In this document: piece by piece, positions 62,341 through 64,000 of the stretch | Position numbering within the stretch: the stretch's first letter is position 1 | Layout: each line of letters starts with the position of its first letter | Source: Pristiophorus japonicus | Lineage: Eukaryota | Assembly (NCBI RefSeq): GCF_044704955.1 | Contig: NC_091993.1 | Span: 84,010,001 to 84,074,000, forward strand | Direction: 5' to 3' | Length of the DNA: 64,000 bases | Notes under the pieces: generated by a model | Database searches by the model: none | Told to the model about the DNA's origin: nothing | The model's input: only the letters and a program-made list of their open reading frames with translations | Position numbers and translations under genes: made by a program

Positions 62341-62890
62341 AACATAGAAGTTTATGGCACAGAAGTAGACCTTTTAGTCCATCATGTCTATGCTAGCTCT
62401 TTGCAATTCAAAACTAATCCCACTACCCCACAGCCCTGTATCTTCTGTGCTTCAAATATTTATTATTTTCTGAAATGATCTCTGCCTCAACCATTCCCTT
62501 GGTAAAGCATCCATTCCCCAACAATATTTTGTATAAGATTTTTCTTCTAAGTCCTCTGCTTAATCTCTCAGTAACTATTTAAAATTTATGGCCCCCTTGT
62601 CACTGACCCCACCACCAGAGGAATTAGCGTTTCACTATTCTATCAAAGTGCTTAATAATTTTTAATGCTTCTATTAAATCTTCTCTTAGCCTTCTCTGCT
62701 TCAATGGAAATTGCTCTAGCATCTCAAGTTTTCCATCCCTGGCATTATCTTGCTGAATCTATGTTGTATGCTCCCTATGGCTTTAATGTCCTTATGTCCT
62801 TTATATAAAGGCTGGCCAAAACTTCCTTTATTATTGACCTTAACCAAAGTTTTGTACAAATTTATCATGACTTTGTCACTCGTATATTCT
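62341..62890 (-). mobile_element. decayed CR1 3' fragment
   Basis: aacatagaagtttatggcacagaag tail; resembles 44785-45360. Confidence 0.6.
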
Positions 62891-62897
62891 CTGCCTC

Positions 62898-63530
62898 ATG
62901 TCAGCTTGACTCATTGGTTTACTACACGATTAGTAGATGACTTTTCTACACATCTTCGTGTATTCAGAAAAGCTCAACAAAAGATAGAAGACTCAAGACA
63001 AAAAAAAGATGCCTCGGAGGAATTTGTTGAAACTTTTTTTGAGGTTGAAGTGGAAATGGAAAGAGTCTCACCTCTGAGTCAGCAAGTTGCATGTTCAAGC
63101 CCCACTCCAGGAGTTGAGCGCATACTCTAACCTGATACTTTAGTGCATATTGAAGGACAGTGGGATTCATTGGAAAGCACTCATAAAGAGATGACACAGG
63201 CACGATGAGCTGAATGGCCTCCTTCTGTGCTGTATCATTCTATTATTCTATATTGAGAGTACTGCATTATTGGAGGTACTGTCCTTTGGATGAAACATTT
63301 AGCAGAGGTCCTGCCTATGCTCGGGTGGAAGTAAAAGATACCACTTTGAAGAATAAGCACGTTATCTTTCAATCAAAACCACCAAAATAGATGAGCTTTG
63401 ATATTTATTTCATTGCTGTTTGCAAATTAGCTGCTGCATTTGCCTACATAAATAAAGTATTTGGTCAGCTGTTAAGTGCTTCGGGGCTTCTTGAGGTGTG
63501 AAATGTGTGATGAAAATGCAAGTTCGTTCT
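62898..63530 (+). mobile_element. SacSINE1-like SINE carrying an SNX13 fragment and a CR1-tail insert
   Basis: Head atgtcagcttgactcattgg (62898-62917) resumes at ~63063 gagtctcacctctgagtcag...ttcaagccccactccagg; Deu-like core ~63253-63350; CR1 tail ~63160-63250. Confidence 0.75.
62918..63062 (+). pseudogene. SNX13: SNX13 (sorting nexin 13) PXA-domain coding fragment, retrocopy-like
   Basis: FTTRLVDDFSTHLRVFRKAQQKIEDSRQKKDASEEFVETFFEVEVEME versus human SNX13 as recalled, FTTRIVDDFGTHLRVFRKAQQKITEKDDQVKGTAEDLVDTFFEVEVEME. No splice sites at either end. Confidence 0.85.
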
Positions 63531-63761
63531 TTGCTACTTTTCCTTATTTTTCTTCCTTCTATAAAATCCAAAATGCTTTTTCTTCCTTTTTTTTTGCTTT
63601 ACCTACTTGCGCTTGCATTTTCAGGGATTTAAGTTTTAAATCATTTGGTCTCTTTGTTAATCTATGCCTTCATGTCTTTCCATTGAATGTATACTTCTCC
63701 TCATTTTTCCTCCCTAAAGTATTACTTTCCCTCCCAAAAGTATTACTTAACAGTTATCAAC

Positions 63762-63870
63762 AACACCAACTTGCATTTATATTGTACCTTTAACGTACAA
63801 AAACATCCCAAGGTGCTTCACAGGAGCATTATCAAACAAACATTGACACTGAGCCAAAGAAGGAGACATT
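63762..63870 (-). mobile_element. L2-type 3' tail
   Basis: aacttgcatttatattgtacctttaacgtacaaaaacatcccaagg, as at 11795. Confidence 0.7.
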
Positions 63871-64000
63871 GTTGATATATCAACATTAAATTGCACCTTC
63901 CATCTGTCTGCCCATTCTTTTAGCCTGTCTGTTTTTCTGAAGTTTTTTATTGTCCTTTTCACTGTTTGCCAAATCTCCTACAGTATCATCAGCAAATTTC

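Noticed and set aside
62750-63130. True SNX13 exon or a 126-aa gene
   Set aside because: The ORF is a chance fusion of CR1 remnant, SINE head, SNX13 piece and SINE; no acceptor or donor flanks it and no other SNX13 exons are seen.

Overview
Eukaryotic, repeat-dominated intronic or intergenic DNA. It is most likely from a shark or other cartilaginous fish, inferred from HER1/CR1-type LINEs with (TTCTATGT)n tails and SacSINE1-like Deu-domain SINEs. No complete host gene is present. Most long ORFs are decayed transposon ORFs or their antisense shadows. Contents: many nested CR1 LINEs (one near full length with a zinc-finger/SGNH-esterase ORF1), RTE and L2 fragments, and a full-length Mag-type Gypsy element with 174-bp LTRs and a tRNA-Ser PBS. 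There is also an ~8.5-kb PIF/Harbinger element (DDE transposase plus a convergent three-exon Myb/SANT gene), related MITEs, three solo LTRs, Penelope-type hammerhead remnants and a GC-rich minisatellite. A repeat-poor island at ~39.8-43.3 kb holds a candidate promoter and first coding exon. The most unusual items are: (1) a 145-bp SNX13 coding fragment, apparently from spliced mRNA, patched into the tRNA head of a SINE with no poly(A) or TSD; (2) a tRNA-Gln(CTG)-CR1 chimera; (3) a SINE that shares both the 5' region and 3' tail of an old LINE; (4) two fold-back palindromes; (5) 15-residue repeats in the Harbinger Myb protein. All calls were made by eye and coordinates of decayed repeats are approximate.
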